Notes under the pieces: model-generated
Seen by the model: only the letters and a program-made list of their open reading frames with translations
The model's database searches: none
Told to the model about the DNA's origin: nothing
In this document: positions 1-13,504 of the stretch, one piece after another
How the letters are laid out: every line of letters begins with the position of its first letter
How positions within the stretch are numbered: position 1 is the first letter of the stretch
NCBI RefSeq assembly: GCF_964213995.1
Contig: NW_027590155.1
Span: forward strand, 620,001 to 684,000
Reading direction: 5' to 3'
From: Mustelus asterias
Taxonomy: Eukaryota
DNA length: 64,000 nucleotides
Position numbers and translations under genes: made by a program

Positions 1-452
1 TTACCAGGATGCTGCCTGGTTTGGAGTGTCGGTCTTATGAGGAAAGGTTGAGGGAGCTGGGGCTGTTCTCTCTGGAGCGGAGGAGATTGAGGGGAGACTT
101 AATAGAGGTTTATAAAATGATGAAGGGGATAGATCGAGTGAACGTTCAAAGACTATTTCCTCGGGTGGATGGAGCTATTACAAGGGGGCATAACTATAGG
201 GTTCATGGTGGGAGATATAGGAAGGATATCAGAGGTAGGTTCTTCACGCAGAGAGTGGTTGGGGTGTGGAATGGACTGCCTGCAGTGATAGTGGAGTCAG
301 ACACTTTAGGAACATTTAAGCGGTTATTGGATAGGCACATGGAGCACACCAGGATGGTAGGGAGTGGGATAGCTTGATCTTGGTTTCAGATGAAGGTCGG
401 CACAACATCGTGGGCCGAAGGGCCTGTTCTGTGCTGTAATGTTCTATGTTCT
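1..452 (+). mobile_element. CR1-clade LINE 3' end (RT C-terminus and tail)
   Basis: ORF 9-377 (YEERLRELGLFSLERRRLRGDLIEVYK...FFTQRVV) is typical of CR1 ORF2 ends. It terminates in a GTTCTAT-type repeat and is near-identical to the element at 62095-64000. Confidence 0.95.
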
Positions 453-554
453 AAAATACTTGCAAATAGACGGATTGATAAGTGGACAAATAGGCACGGA
501 TACAGACCCGGAGATTGAATGATAAACACATAGTGAGATGGGGAAAAAGATAGA

Positions 555-750
555 TTGTCACACAGAGTGAGGGAGAGAGATATATCAATCGAGGGGGATA
601 GCGAGAGAGGAGGAGAGGCGGGGAGAGAGAGAGAAACTCAGAGTGAAAGAGAGATGAAGATAGATAGACAGGCAAGCAGACGGTCGGACGGACGGACTGA
701 CAGAGATGGACAGACGGACGGACGGACAGGGATGGACAGACGGACGAAAG
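555..750. repeat. GA/GACG simple repeats
   Basis: Visible (GA)n and (GACG/GACA)n tracts. Confidence 0.85.
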
Positions 751-864
751 TCAAGCTGTTAGATAATGGAAAAAATATCACATTAGAGGTATACAGTTGT
801 TTTTCAATACCAAATCATATATCCATTAAACCAGATCTATCATTTGTTTCTCTTATTTTGGCAG

Positions 865-975
865 ATCGACTGAGGGTGAACTTTTTGTCTTTGACGGTGA
901 TGGGACTAAGAATTTTGTTTTTCAAGAGCATTGTCTTCAATGTCATGATGACGGCCAGGGTGTGGCTATTTTGAG
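865..975 (+). CDS. T-cell receptor alpha/delta-type constant region, transmembrane/cytoplasmic exon (delta slightly favoured)
   Basis: Acceptor ttattttggcag ends at 864. The phase-1 exon reads (D)RLRVNFLSLTVMGLRILFFKSIVFNVMMTARVWLF*, with the R-x4-K charged TM pair and FN..MT motif of TCR alpha/delta chains. TGA at 972-974 is followed one base later by donor GTAAG, as in TRAC/TRDC exon 3. Confidence 0.9.
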
Positions 976-1552
976 GTAAGGTCGGTCACCTGAATGCGTG
1001 CCAAGAAAGACAAACTGTGATGAACAATGACCATTGACGGGATCTCGCGAGGCCACTGTTAAGGCAGACGCTGAAACTAACCCGTGGAGTGAGCATTAAC
1101 TTGGATGCATTTAGACAAACGAACTCTTACTCCAGTGCCCCATCCTCATCGCTTTTCATCCCTCCCTTGCCACCGCACCACCGCCCCCCCCGCCCCCGCC
1201 CCCGCCGCCCCCCCCCCCCCCCCCCCCCCGCCCCCGCCCGCCAACCCCCGCTCCCAATCGCAGCCTTGACTTCTTAAACCTCTCCAGATTATTGTTTAAT
1301 TATGGGTGTCACTGACTAGCCTAACTTTTTCCGCCCATCCCTTGGTCTTGAGCTGCGTGGCTCTTTCGGAGAGTCGGTGCAGACTCTATGGGCCAAATCG
1401 CATCCTTCTGCACTGTCGGGGTTCTTGTGCAATTGCAGTGGCTTCTGAGAATATTATTGGAGAATGTTAATGGAGACCCTAAAGATACAAGGTGTTCTTT
1501 GCTTGCTGACTCTTTGATGTGCTACTACTGTTGCTCCTTCCATTCCAAACAG

Positions 1553-2100
1553 AACTGCATTGGACGATGAAATGGATTCAGGTGTGAACTCATTGACTGG
1601 GGTATCAAAATCCAGAGGCTTCCTGATCAGAAGTTCCGCTTCAAGCACTTCAATCTCGCTTGTTTTAAATGGCGACTTAATTTTAAAAGATCCTCATTTC
1701 GGTAACTTTTTTCCACTGTTATTTTGATTTGAAATTCGTGGTTCTGCGTGAATTCTACTGCTTATGCTACATAAACATTTCAATTATGCATTTCAGCAAC
1801 AGCGTGGAGCTAGCATTGACATGGTGTCTGCCTGCATTAGTGTCGGAGACATTTTTGAAAACAGCATTTTCAATTTTAGGACGTATAGAACTTCGATTTT
1901 TATATTCTTTGCTTAGAATAGTAGAATCCTATTCCGGAGAAAGCAGCCACTCAGCCCATAGTGACAATGGCAGCCCTTTACAGGGCAATCTAGGTAATGG
2001 CACCTCACATGTTCCTTTTGGTTGTTTTACTCTGGTAGTTATTTTAAACATTGTACTTTAATGCATGCAATTTAAGAGCGTAAGATACATTAAATCAGCA
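1553..2100 (+). other. Putative untranslated last exon (3' UTR) of the TCR C gene
   Basis: Pyrimidine-rich acceptor ctccttccattccaaacag ends at 1552. Candidate poly(A) signals are ATTAAA 2089-2094 or AATAAA 2630-2635. TRAC/TRDC have a non-coding exon after the TM exon. Confidence 0.4.
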
Positions 2101-2825
2101 AGGATCTGATTGGATTTTCATCAAACTTTTAGACTGTTGCCAAGGTGATATTCTTTCTCCTGTACTTAATCTTGGACTCCAGATTTTCCTCCCAGTGCCA
2201 CGGAGGCACCAATCCCCAGCCTGTACATCTGGGCCCTTAGAGATAATCGAGCCACCACTTGCCACCGTGCAGAGCTTTATCATGACACGGCATTTCACAA
2301 GTAAGATGAACAAGAGTTTTTGAACATCTCGCCATGAGCTTAGCCTAAAATCAGGTTATTGCTCTCAGGTTATTTTACAGATGGGACATTCGTACACATT
2401 TAAGATCATCCGGTTAGTCAGGGGAAGCGAGAGTTATGGGGCTAAGGTGGTAAAGTGGAGTTGAGGATAATATCAAACCAACCATGATTTTATTGAAAGG
2501 CGAAGCAGCTCCTGTGGGCCGAATGGTCTACTTCTACTCCTCCGTCTTATGCTCTTCTGGTTCGTTAATCACACCTTTGTGCATATCTGTCACCTTGTTA
2601 TTTTTTCATATGCATCGCTTATAATATTGAATAAATTTGCAGTCTTTAATGAAGGGTGTCTTCTGCTTCTTTGTTAACGTGATGGCAAGACATGCATTTG
2701 GTTTGGTTGACAGAGAGCTCTTGTAGTCGCGCAGCACAAATGGAGGCCACTGAGCCCATCATGAGGATACCAGCTCCCCATGGCAGATCCCGCCAATTGG
2801 AGCCAATTTATTTTTTAAAGTTCCT

Positions 2826-5800
2826 CATAGCAGGAAGGGCTTGGCTCTTAGTGAGCAATTAATGGAGGGGTCACCTGTGGTTGTCCCCCTCCAAAACAAG
2901 TATATTGCTTTGGATAGTGTGGAGGAGGATGACTCTCCAGGGGTAAGCCACAGTGACCAGGTCACTGGCACAGAATCAGGTTCTGTGGCCCGGAAAGGAA
3001 AGAGAGGAATTCGGAGAGCAATAGTGGTGGGGGATGCGTCGGTTCGAGGCATGGACAGGCGATTCTGTGGGTGCGAACGGGACTCCAGGATGGTAGTCTG
3101 CCTACCTGGTGTTGGGGTACTGGATGTCTCCGAGCGGATAGGAGGCATATTAAAAGGGGAAGATAAAGAAACGGATGTCGTTGTACACATTGGTGCAAAT
3201 GACGTAGATAGGAAGAGCAGGGGGATCGTACGAGAGCAATTCAGGGAGTTGGGAAGTAGGCGAAAAGGTAGGGCCTCCAGGGTGGCAATAGCTGGGCTGC
3301 TCCCAATGTCTCGTGCCAGTGAGGCTAGGAATAGGGAGTTAATACAATTGAACGCTTGGCTAAAGGACTGGTCCAGGAGGGAGGGCTTCATTTTCCTGGA
3401 TCATTGGGAAGTTTTCAAGAGAGGATGGCACCTGTACAAGAAGGATGGGTCACAACTAAATTGGAAGGGCACGAATATCCTGGCTGGGAGTTTTGCTCGT
3501 GCAGTTCGGGTGGTTTTAAACAAATATGGCAGGGGGGTGGGGATCAAAAAATTAGGTCTCCAAGTGTCGAGGCTGGGGACGAGCTTGGGGCCAGGACAAG
3601 GCTGGCAAAGAAGAAGAGCACTCTGGGGGAGGATGAACTCACTGGGCCTGGAGGTCTGGAGTGCATCTACTTCAAAGCAAGGAGCGTAGCAGGTAAGACA
3701 GACGAACTTAGGGCCTTAATGCTTACGAAGAATTTGGATGTAGTTGCGGTGACAGAGACTTGGTTGAAAGAGAGACAGGACTGGCAGCTGAATATTCCGG
3801 GGTACAAGTGTTTTAGGCGAGACAGAGGAGGGGCCAAAAGAGGTGGGGGAGTAGCAGTATTAGTTAGAGAACATATTACAGCGGTGCAGAGGGAGGACAA
3901 TTCAGAGGGGTCGTGTAACGAGTCACTGTGGGTGGAGCTCAGAAACAGGAAGGGCGCAGTCACTATGTTGGGGATATACTACAGGCCCCCCAACAGCCCA
4001 AGGGAAGTGGAAGAACGGATATGTCAGGAGATACTGGATAGGTGCAGGAAAAAATAGGGTTGTTGCAGTGGGAGACTTCAATTTCCCTGGTATAGAATGG
4101 AAATCGCTTAGAGCTGGGACTCTGAATGGGGAGGAATTTGTAAAATGCGTACAGGAAGGTTCTTTGGAACAATATGTAGATAGCCCGACTAGAGAGGGGG
4201 CTATACTGGACCTAGTACTGGGGAATGAGCCCGGTCAGGTCTTCAAAGTTTCAGTAGGGCAACATGTGGCAAATAGTGACCACAATTCTGTTAGCTTTAG
4301 GATAGCGATGGAAAAGGATGAGTGGTGTCCCAAGGGTAAGGTGTTGAATTGGGGGAAGGCTAACTTTAGTGGGATTAGGCAGAAATTGGCAGTTGTTGAT
4401 TGGGAGAGGCTGTTTGAGGGTAAATCCTGCAGAAGGCAGAGAGTGGCTGTGGAGGGGTCTTTCTCTGCATGGAGGTCAGTGACCAGTGGAGTGCCCCAGG
4501 GATCTGTTCTGGGACCCTTGCTGTTTGTCATTTTCATAAATGACCTGGATGAGGAAGTGAAGGGATGGGTTGGTAAGTTTGCTGACGACACCAAGGTAGG
4601 TGGTGTTGTGGATAGTTTGGAGGGATGTCAGAAGTTGCAGCGAGACATAGATAGAATGCAGGACTGGGCGGAGAAGTGGCAGATGGACTTCAACCCGGAT
4701 AAGTGTGTGGTGATCCATTTTGGCAGATCCAATGGGATGGAGCAGCAGTATAAAATGAAGGGTACCATTCTTAGCAGTGTAGAGGATCAGAGGGACCTTG
4801 GGGTCCGGGTCCATAGGACTCTTAAATCGGCCTCGCAGGTGGAGGATGCGGTCAAGAAGGCGTATGGCGTACTAGCCTTCATTAATCGAGGGATTGAGTT
4901 TAGGAGTCGGGAGATAATGCTGCAGCTTTATAGGACCCTGGTTAGACCCCACTTGGAGTACTGCGCGCAGTTCTGGTCACCTCATTACAGGAAAGATGTT
5001 GAAGCCATTGAAAGGGTGCAGAGGAGATTTACAAGGATGTTGCCTGGATTGGGGGGCATGCCTTATGAGGATAGGTTGAGGGAGCTTGGTCTCTTCTCCC
5101 TGGAGAGACGAAGGATGAGAGGTGACCTGATAGAGGTTTACAAGATGTTGAGGGGTCTGGATAGGGTGGACTCTCAGAGGCTATTTCCAAGGGCTGAAAT
5201 GGTTGCTACGAGAGGACACAGGTTTAAGGTGCTGGGGGGTAGGTACAGGGGGGATGTCAGGGGTAAGTTTTTCACTCAGAGGGTGGTGGGTGAGTGGAAT
5301 CGGCTGACGTCGGTGGTGGTGGAGGCAAACTCGTTGGGGTCTTTTAAGAGACTTCTGGATGAGTACATGGGATTTAATGGGATTGAGGGCTATAGATAGG
5401 CCTAGAGGTGGGGATGTGATCGGCGCAACTTGTGGGCCGAAGGGCCTGTTTGTGCTGTGGCTTTCTATGTTCTATGTTCTAAATCCACAACTGGCATGTG
5501 GGAGTCTTTTAAGGAACAGTTGTTAGGGCTGCAGGACAGGCATGTGCCTGTAAAAAAGAAGGATAGGAAGGGTAGGATTCGAGAACCGTGGATAAACAGG
5601 GAAATTGAGGGACTGGTCAAAAAGAAAAGGGAGGCGTACGTTAGGTCCAGGCAGTTAAAAACGGAGGGAGCTCTGGAGGAATACAAAGAAAGTCGGAAAG
5701 AACTCAAAAGAGGAATTAGAAGGGCAAAAAGGGGTCACGAAATGTTCTTGGCAGACAGGATTAAGGAGAATCCCAAGGCATTTTATTCATACGTTAGGAA

Positions 5801-7588
5801 CAAAAGGGGTGTCAGGGAAAAAATCAGACCTCTCAGGGACAAAAGTGGGGAATTATGCTCAGAGCCCAAAGAAGTAGGGGAGATCCTAAATGAATACTTT
5901 GCGTTGGTATTCACAAAGGAGAGGGATGTGTTGACTGGGAGTGTCTCGGAGGGGAGTGTTGAACCATTAGAGAAAATCTCCATTACAAGGGAGGAAGTGT
6001 TAGGTTCTTTAGAGAATATAAAGACTGACAAATCCCCAGGGCCTGATGGAATCTATCCAAGGCTGCTCAGGGAGACGAGAGATGAAATCGCTGGGCCTCT
6101 GACGCAAATCTTTATCTCATCACTGGACACAGGTGAGGTCCCAGAGGATTGGAGGATAGCTAATGTGGTCCCGTTATTTAAGAAGGGTAGGAAAGATAAC
6201 CCGGGTAATTATAGGCCGGTGAGCTTGACGTCCATGGTAGGGAAGTTGTTGGAGAGAATTCTTAGAGATAGGATGTATGCACATTTAGAAAGGAATAAAC
6301 TCATTAACGATAGTCAGCATGGTTTTGTGAGAGGGAGGTCATGCCTCACTAACCTGGTGGAGTTTTTTGAAGAAGTGACTAGAATGGTTGACGAGGGAAG
6401 GGCCGTGGATGTCGTCTCTATGGACTTTAGTAAAGCTTTTAACACGTCCCTCATGGTAGGCTGGTGCAAAAGGTTGGATCTCATGGGATAAAGGGGGAGG
6501 TGGCTAGATGGGTGGAGAACTGGCTTGGTCACAGAAGACAGAGGGTGGGAGTGGAAGGGTCTTTTACCGGCTGGAGGCCTGTGACGAGTGGTGTTCCGCA
6601 GGGCTCTGTATTGGGACCTCTGCTGTTTGTGATTTACATAAACGATCTGGAAGAAGATGTAACTGGGGTGATCAGTAAGTTTGCGGACGACACGAAATTG
6701 GCTGGAATTGGCGATAGTGAGGAACATTGTCAGAGACTACAGATGGATATAGATCGGCTGGAAATTTGGGCAAAGAAATGGCAGATGGAGTTCAAACCAG
6801 ATCAATGCGAAGTGATGCATTTTGGTAGAGCTAATGTAGGGGGGAGCAATGCGATAAACGGCAGAACCATAAAGGGTGTAGATACGCAGAGGGACCTGGG
6901 TGTGCAATTCCACAGATCCTTGAAGGTGACGTCACAGGTGGAGAAGGTGGTGAAAAAGGCATATGGCATGCTAGCCTTTATAGGACGGGGTATAGAGTAT
7001 AAAGGTTGGGATCTGATGTTGCAGATGCATAGAACGTTGGTTCGGCCGCATTTGGAATACTGCATCCAGTTCTGGTCGCCACACTACCAGAAGGACTTGG
7101 AGGCTTTAGAGAAAGTGCAGAGGAGGTTTACCAGGATGTTGCCTGGTTTGGAGGGGCTTAGTTATGAGGAAAGATTGAGTAAACTGGGGTTGTTCTCACT
7201 GGAAAGACGGAGGATGAGGGGAGACCTAATAGAGGTGTATAAAATTATGAAAGACATAGATAGGGTGAACGGTGGGAAGCTTTTTCCCAGGCCGGTGGTG
7301 ACGTTCACGAGGGGTCATAGGTTCAAGGTGAGAGGCGGGGGGGAGGTTTAACATGGATATCAGAAGGACATATTTTACACAGAGGGTGGTGGGGGCCTGG
7401 AATGCGCTGCCAGGCAAGGTGGTGGAGGTGGGCACACTGGGAACGTTGAAGACTTATCTCGATAGCCACATGAACGGAGTGGGTATGGAGGGATACAAAA
7501 GAATGGTCTAGTTTGGACCAGGGAGCGGCGCGGGCTTGGAGGGCCGAATGGCCTCTTCCTGTACTGTATTGTTCTTTGTTCTTTGTTG
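2826..7588 (+). mobile_element. Long CR1 LINE: ORF1 SGNH-esterase part, APE endonuclease and RT; frameshifted and split by a nested insertion
   Basis: ORF1 motifs IVVGDAS, VVVHIGAND, DGSQLN; endonuclease VAVTETW, IYYRPP, GDFN; [24 protein letters not shown]; tail (TTCTTTG)n at ~7570-7588. Confidence 0.95.
4428..5479 (+). mobile_element. 5'-truncated CR1 nested in the previous CR1
   Basis: It has its own RT C-terminus and (TTCTATG)n tail. The target-site duplication TAAATCC is at 4421-4427 and 5480-5486, and the host sequence resumes after it. Confidence 0.9.
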
Positions 7589-7589
7589 A

Positions 7590-8318
7590 AAAAAGCTTCT
7601 GACTACCCACTCTGTCAATGCCCCTCATAATCTTGCACATTTTTATCAGGTCACCCCACAACCTCCGTCGTTCCAGTGAGAACAACGCAAGTTTCTCCAA
7701 TCTCCCCTCATAACTAATGCCCTCCATACCAGGCACCATCCCGGTAAATTTTTTATGTACCCTCTCCAAAGCCTCCACATCTTTCTGGTAGTGTAGCGAC
7801 CAGAATTGAACACTATATTCCAAGTGCGGCCTAACTAAGGTTCTATAAGCTGCAACATGACTTGCCAATTTTTAAATTCAATGCCCCGGCTGATGAAGGC
7901 AAGCATGCCGTATGCCTTCTTGACTACCTTTTCCACCTGGGTTGCCACTTTCAATGACCTTTACACCTGATCCCTCTGCTATCAATACTCTTCAGGGTTC
8001 TGCCCTTTACTGTATATTTCCTATCTGCATTATACCTTCCAAAATGCATTACCTCACATTTGTCCGGATTGAGCTCCATCTGCCATCTCTCCGCCCAAGC
8101 CTGTAACCGAACTATATCCTGCTGCATCCTCAGATGGTCCTCATCGCTATCTGCAGGTCTACCAATCCGCAAATCTACCAACCTTTGTTTCGTCTGCAAA
8201 CTTACAAATCAATCCAGTTACATTTTCTTCCAAATCATTTATATATATTACAAACAGCAAAGTCCCAGCACTGATCCCTGAGGAACGCCACTTGTCACAA
8301 CCCTCCATTCAGAAACGC
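7590..8318 (-). mobile_element. CR1 LINE fragment, degenerate
   Basis: Minus-strand ORFs with LVRPHLEYSVQFWS and WQMELNPDKCEVMHFG. Confidence 0.9.
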
Positions 8319-9017
8319 TTTTATTTTGGTGGTCTAACCATTATAATGCCGTCCCCCTACTCACACCCTCCCCCACCCCCCCCCCCCCGCCCCCCCGCCC
8401 CACCCCCCTCCCCAACCCGCCGAAAAATATAACAACGAAAAACAATGGAAGTTAAGGTAATTCCTGATAGGAATAACGAATTGAAGAGCTAACTGGTCAC
8501 CTGGAAGCGAGAAGAACCCAAAAATGTTCCCAATACCCAAAGCGAAACGCTGCTCCTGTGCCTGGTTTGACTACATTGGCTGCAGCAGTGATTAGGGCCA
8601 TTTGGAATGGGCTATAAACGTTAGCCAGGCCAGAGACTCCCACACACAATGTATTTGTTGCTTCACCCAGCGGTACGTGCATTTCCGGCAGGGCCAGAAT
8701 GTATTTCCCATCCCGAATCACCATTGAACCGCGTGGCTTGCATTGACCATGGTGTTGTACTTGAAGTCTCAGGTAGTGAACCAGATGGGTTTTAGCAACA
8801 ATTGACTCATGGTTCGATTGTTGAATTCCAGGTTGCTTTTATTGAATTCAGATTTCTCCAACTGCCATGGCAGGAATGCAATCCTCATGTGTGTCCAAAG
8901 CTTTAGCCCTGGCTTTCTGGATTAATCGTCATGCCGTTACAACACCCCTGAAGGGGGAGGGAGGAACAATTGATCATGGTGGGTTTTGTGCCCGTGTTCA
9001 CCATAGAATATAATAAT

Positions 9018-9335
9018 AGAATCGTAAAAACCATACACTGCAGAAAGTGGCCGTTCGGCCCATCGAGTCTGCACTGATTCTCCGAAAGAGAAATCAACCC
9101 AGACCCTCCCCTCTGCCCACGGTCAATCCACCTAACCTGCCCATCTGTGGGCACAAAGGTGCATTTTGCCATGGCCAATCTACCCAATCTGCACATCCTT
9201 GGACTGAGGGAGACCAGAGCACCCGGATGAAACCCACGCAGACACGGCGAGAACGTGCAAACTCAACACAGGCAGCCACCCAAGGCTGGAATCGAACCCG
9301 TACCTCTGGCACTGCAGAGCTAACCACTGTGCCAA
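9018..9335 (-). mobile_element. HE1-like tRNA-derived SINE
   Basis: Reverse-complement homology to the copy at 13505-13835 (tRNA-like head, central gggtttc...ctccggt body, CR1-like tail). Confidence 0.75.
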
Positions 9336-12300
9336 GGACTCTGGATGACTTGCCCAGAGACCGCTCCCCCGAGCAACAAACCCATAAAACTTTCGTGTGA
9401 CTTCTCAACCTGTACTTGATATTTTAAGAGGAATGATCCAGCTCTCTAACAGGAATGGCACAAATTACACTTCTCAGTCTCGAAGTCCATGCTCTGAATT
9501 TCCTATCACGTGTTGATTTTCTTTTGCTTCTCGGCAGTAGGGGGGTTAATCGACTTTGGCTTGCTTATTTTGATAGAAACTGTTGAGATAAAATGATACA
9601 TGCGTTCACTGCTGATTGGGGGAACCAGGGTCTGGTTGACAAGGCGACCAACGGCAGCAGGATGTGGGCCGAGTGTGCGGTTTCAGTCAAGAGGTCGCTG
9701 AGCCTCTCAGTTTACTCAAAGACCAGAACGTGTGGTTTAATCACCCGGGACTGGAAACTCCAGCAGCGAGATGGCAGTTAGGCAGTGCGGGGGGAGGGGT
9801 GAGAGGCCAGATGTTGCCAACTGTCGACAAGCATGAATCTTTTCAGAGACTTTCCCAGCGACTGAAGCTGCAGTAGATTTCTGCAGACGACAGTTCCAAA
9901 GGCATACAGGCATCTGAGAGAAGAAACAATTATTTTCTTCGCCCTCTTTCCTATCTGTCCCGCAAAGGTTAAACATTCCGTCAGCTTCCACCCTCACACC
10001 GCTGGCCCCATTACCCCTCCGAACCCCCACCTCCCCACAACAACCGCCCCCCCCCCCGCCCAAAAAAGATCATATATGTTTCAAAAAATCATCACTCAAT
10101 CTTCTGCACTCCAATGGACTCTGTCCGATCTTTCCTCGTATAACCCCATTCCAACTCCCCAATTCAGTCGAGCTTCCCCGCCTTAAGAAAGAAAATCTGC
10201 GGTCTTTACGCCGTCTGGCTTTCATGACTCCTGACACGCAGTATTGTTTATTCATTCATGGAACATGGGCGTTTATTGCCCATCTCCAGTTGCCCTTGGA
10301 GGGCAGTTGACAGTCAACCACATTGATGTGGCTCTCGACTCACGTGTTGGCCAAACCAGGTAAGCACGGCAGATTTCCTTCCCCAAAGGTCATCGTGACC
10401 CAACTGTTTTTTTCTGACAATTGGCAATGATTTTACTGTCATCAGTAGATTCGAAATTTCAGATATTTTTATTGAATTGTGTTTCAAACACGGGACCCCA
10501 GAACATTAGCTGAGTTTTTGGATTGATACTCGAGCGATAATATCACTACGCCATTCCCTCCCCTGGGGAGATGGCCATTAGCAAACTATACTGTTCAAGG
10601 GAAATTAGCAAGAGCAACACAAAACCAGAAAATACTGGAAAAGCTCTGCAGCTCTGACATCATCTGTGAAGAGAGAATAGTGTTAGCGTTTCGAGTCCGG
10701 ATGGCCCTGACGAATCGTCATCGAGACTCGAAACTTTGGCTCTATTCTCTCTCCACAGATGCTGTCAGACCCACTGAGATATTCCAGAATGTTTTGTTTT
10801 TGTTTTGGATTATAGAATCCGCAGTAATTTGCGTTTCGGACTAGCAACAATTTTTGGCCTTGCGAATAATACTCATCGCCCAATGAATGAAAATTATTGA
10901 GAAAGAATCCAAGAATTAACAAGTTTCTGTTTAACCGATTCTTCAGGCAGCAACTATTAGTGAATCAAATGAAAGTGTTGCACTCCAGTCAATCCTGTCA
11001 CTCATCCGGTTCATACATTAAGGAACGAGGCAATTCGGCCTAACGAGCGCATGCTTGCTATCTCAATGAGCTCAAAAAAACCCACTGCATTTGCCGTTGG
11101 CACATGTCCCTCTGCATGTTATACTTTCGATTTTGTAATCATTCTCTTTTGAAAGTCACCACGGAAATGTTTACTCTGGTCTTTGAGACAATGAATCCCA
11201 AACCCTAACAATTGGCAATGTAAACCCGACTTGCTCATCTTCGATTCCAGGAACAGTTCTTGCTCCGTCTCTTACACGTGCGCCTTACCAAGCCACCGCG
11301 AAATTTTAATATGTATACAGTAACATACAGGCTACTGAGAAGTAGGAGTTGGTCACTTCCGGCCTGCTCTGCCAGTAAATAAGATTATGGCCGATCTCAT
11401 TATAAGCTTCTGCCAACACTGATCACCTTTCACCCTCCTTGTTTACTAAGAATCTAGCTCCTTCTGCCTTTAAAAATATTGAAAGACTGCTTCCACTGCC
11501 TTCTGAGGAAGGGACTTCCAGGGACACATGACCCTCTGAGAGGAAAACCTCCCCACTCTTCCTCTCCTAAACGTGCGACCCCTTATTTGTAAAGAGTGCC
11601 CTTGGGGCTTCAGTGGAGCATTGCAGCAGGCTAAGGAGGGACTCGTAGGCAGGAAGAGTGAAGATGAAAACAGGTTGTGCGTTGGAATTCTCGAAATGAG
11701 CCACGCATTTCTTTTCAGGGAAGAAACCAGCGTGAACGTAAGAGGCCAAAGTGCAGCATTTCAGACAAAAACAGGAAACGCTGCTTGCATCATGCCAGCC
11801 AGTAACTGTGCAAGTGAGAAACCGAGTTAAGGTTTCAGATTGATGTCTTTGCATGAGGGCTGGAAGATGTAAGAGATGACGAGTTATTTATATTCTTCCG
11901 CCCTATGTGGTTGCTGCAGCCTCTCGCCTCTTGTCTCACTAAACATTTCAGAAGATAGCTAAATGTCGGCCACATTTCTCTCGGTCTTGTCTCACACATA
12001 GTCCAGGTTGTCGGCAGATTTCCTTTCTGAAAGAACATAAAAACTAGAAGCAGGAATAGGCCATCTGGCCCTCCGAGCCTGATCCGCCATTCAATAAGAT
12101 TATGGCTGATTTTTTCATGGGCTCAGCTCCGCTTACCCGCCCGCTCACCATAACCCTGAATTCCTTTACTGCTCAAAAATCTATCTTTACCTTAAAAACG
12201 CTTAACGATGTAGCCTCAACTGCTTCACTGGACAGAGATTTATACAGATTCACAGCCATTTAGGTGAAGAGGTTCCTCCTCAACACAGTCCAAAATCTCC

Positions 12301-12949
12301 TCATCTTTATTTTGAGGTCTTGTCCCTTAGTTCTAATTTCATTTGCTATGGAAACAACCTCCTTGCTTCTATCTTATCTATTCCTTTCATAATTGTATGC
12401 GTTTCTATAAGAACCCCCATTTTCTTCCAAACTCCATTGAGCATTGGTACAGCATTGGTGCGCAGAATGTGCTTTTGCAACAACGGATGACAGTTTTCTT
12501 AAGTTCTCTATTATTCAGCCGAATTTTCAAATCTGCATTTTTATTAATTAAATTTAAATTCCACCTGTCATCGTTGGTGGGATTTGAACTCGTGTTTCCA
12601 GAGCACCAGACAATACTTCCCCCAGCCACAGCCATTACCACGATAAAATCACAAGGGCAGTAGATACCTGAGGACACCATCAAAAGGAGATTCACCCTCC
12701 AAGTCACTCACCATCCCGACTTGGAAATATATCGGCAGTTCCTTCAGTACTGCTGGGTCATAATCCTGGAATTGTCAGAAATGTATATCTTTCAATGAGA
12801 TCTCCCATTCTTCAGAATTTAATTGAATGCACACCTCAATCTCTCCTCAAAGGACAATGCTTACATCCCAAGTATCAGTCTGGTGAACTTGTGGTGCACC
12901 CCATCTATAACAAGTATGTTCTTTCTCGCCTTCCTATCTAAACCCAGAT

Positions 12950-13255
12950 TGGCGGGACATTGACATAGTGGTTAGCATTGCTGCATCATAGCACCAGGGA
13001 CCCGGGTTCGATTCCTGGCCTGGGTCACTATCTGTGCGGAGTGTGCACGTTGTCCCCGTGTCTGCTTAGGTTTTCTCCGGGTGCTCCGGTTTCCTCCTAC
13101 AGTCTGAAAGATGTACTGGTTAGGTGCATTGACCAAGCTAAATTCTACATCAATGTACTGGAACAGGCGCCGGAGTGTGACGACTAGAGGATTTTCACAG
13201 TGACATTATTGCAATATTAATGTAAGCCTACCTGTGACACAAATAAATAAACTTA
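12950..13255 (+). mobile_element. tRNA-derived SINE (HE1-related head, different tail)
   Basis: A box/B box-like head (tagtggttagca...gggttcgattcc) and AATAAA-rich end. Confidence 0.75.
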
Positions 13256-13504
13256 AAAGTTATTGTTGAATGCAAAAATTCACATTGCATTCGGTGCACT
13301 GAGGGTGCTGGGTGGGGAATTGGATTGAACCCGTGTGCCCATAATATTAGTCTGGGACTCTCCAGTGACATGGTCATTGTCCTACGATCTCCACCTTCCA
13401 AATATGTTATTCAGATTTGAATTAATTATTGAGCAACCTATATGAATGCATGAACATTTCTGTTTCAGTGTCCAGATGCGCCCTACGTCCGCCCCCTGCT
13501 GACA

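Noticed and set aside
555-864. N-terminal part of the 139-aa ORF 555-974
   Set aside because: Simple-repeat and intron sequence read through in frame; only 865-974 is a supported exon.
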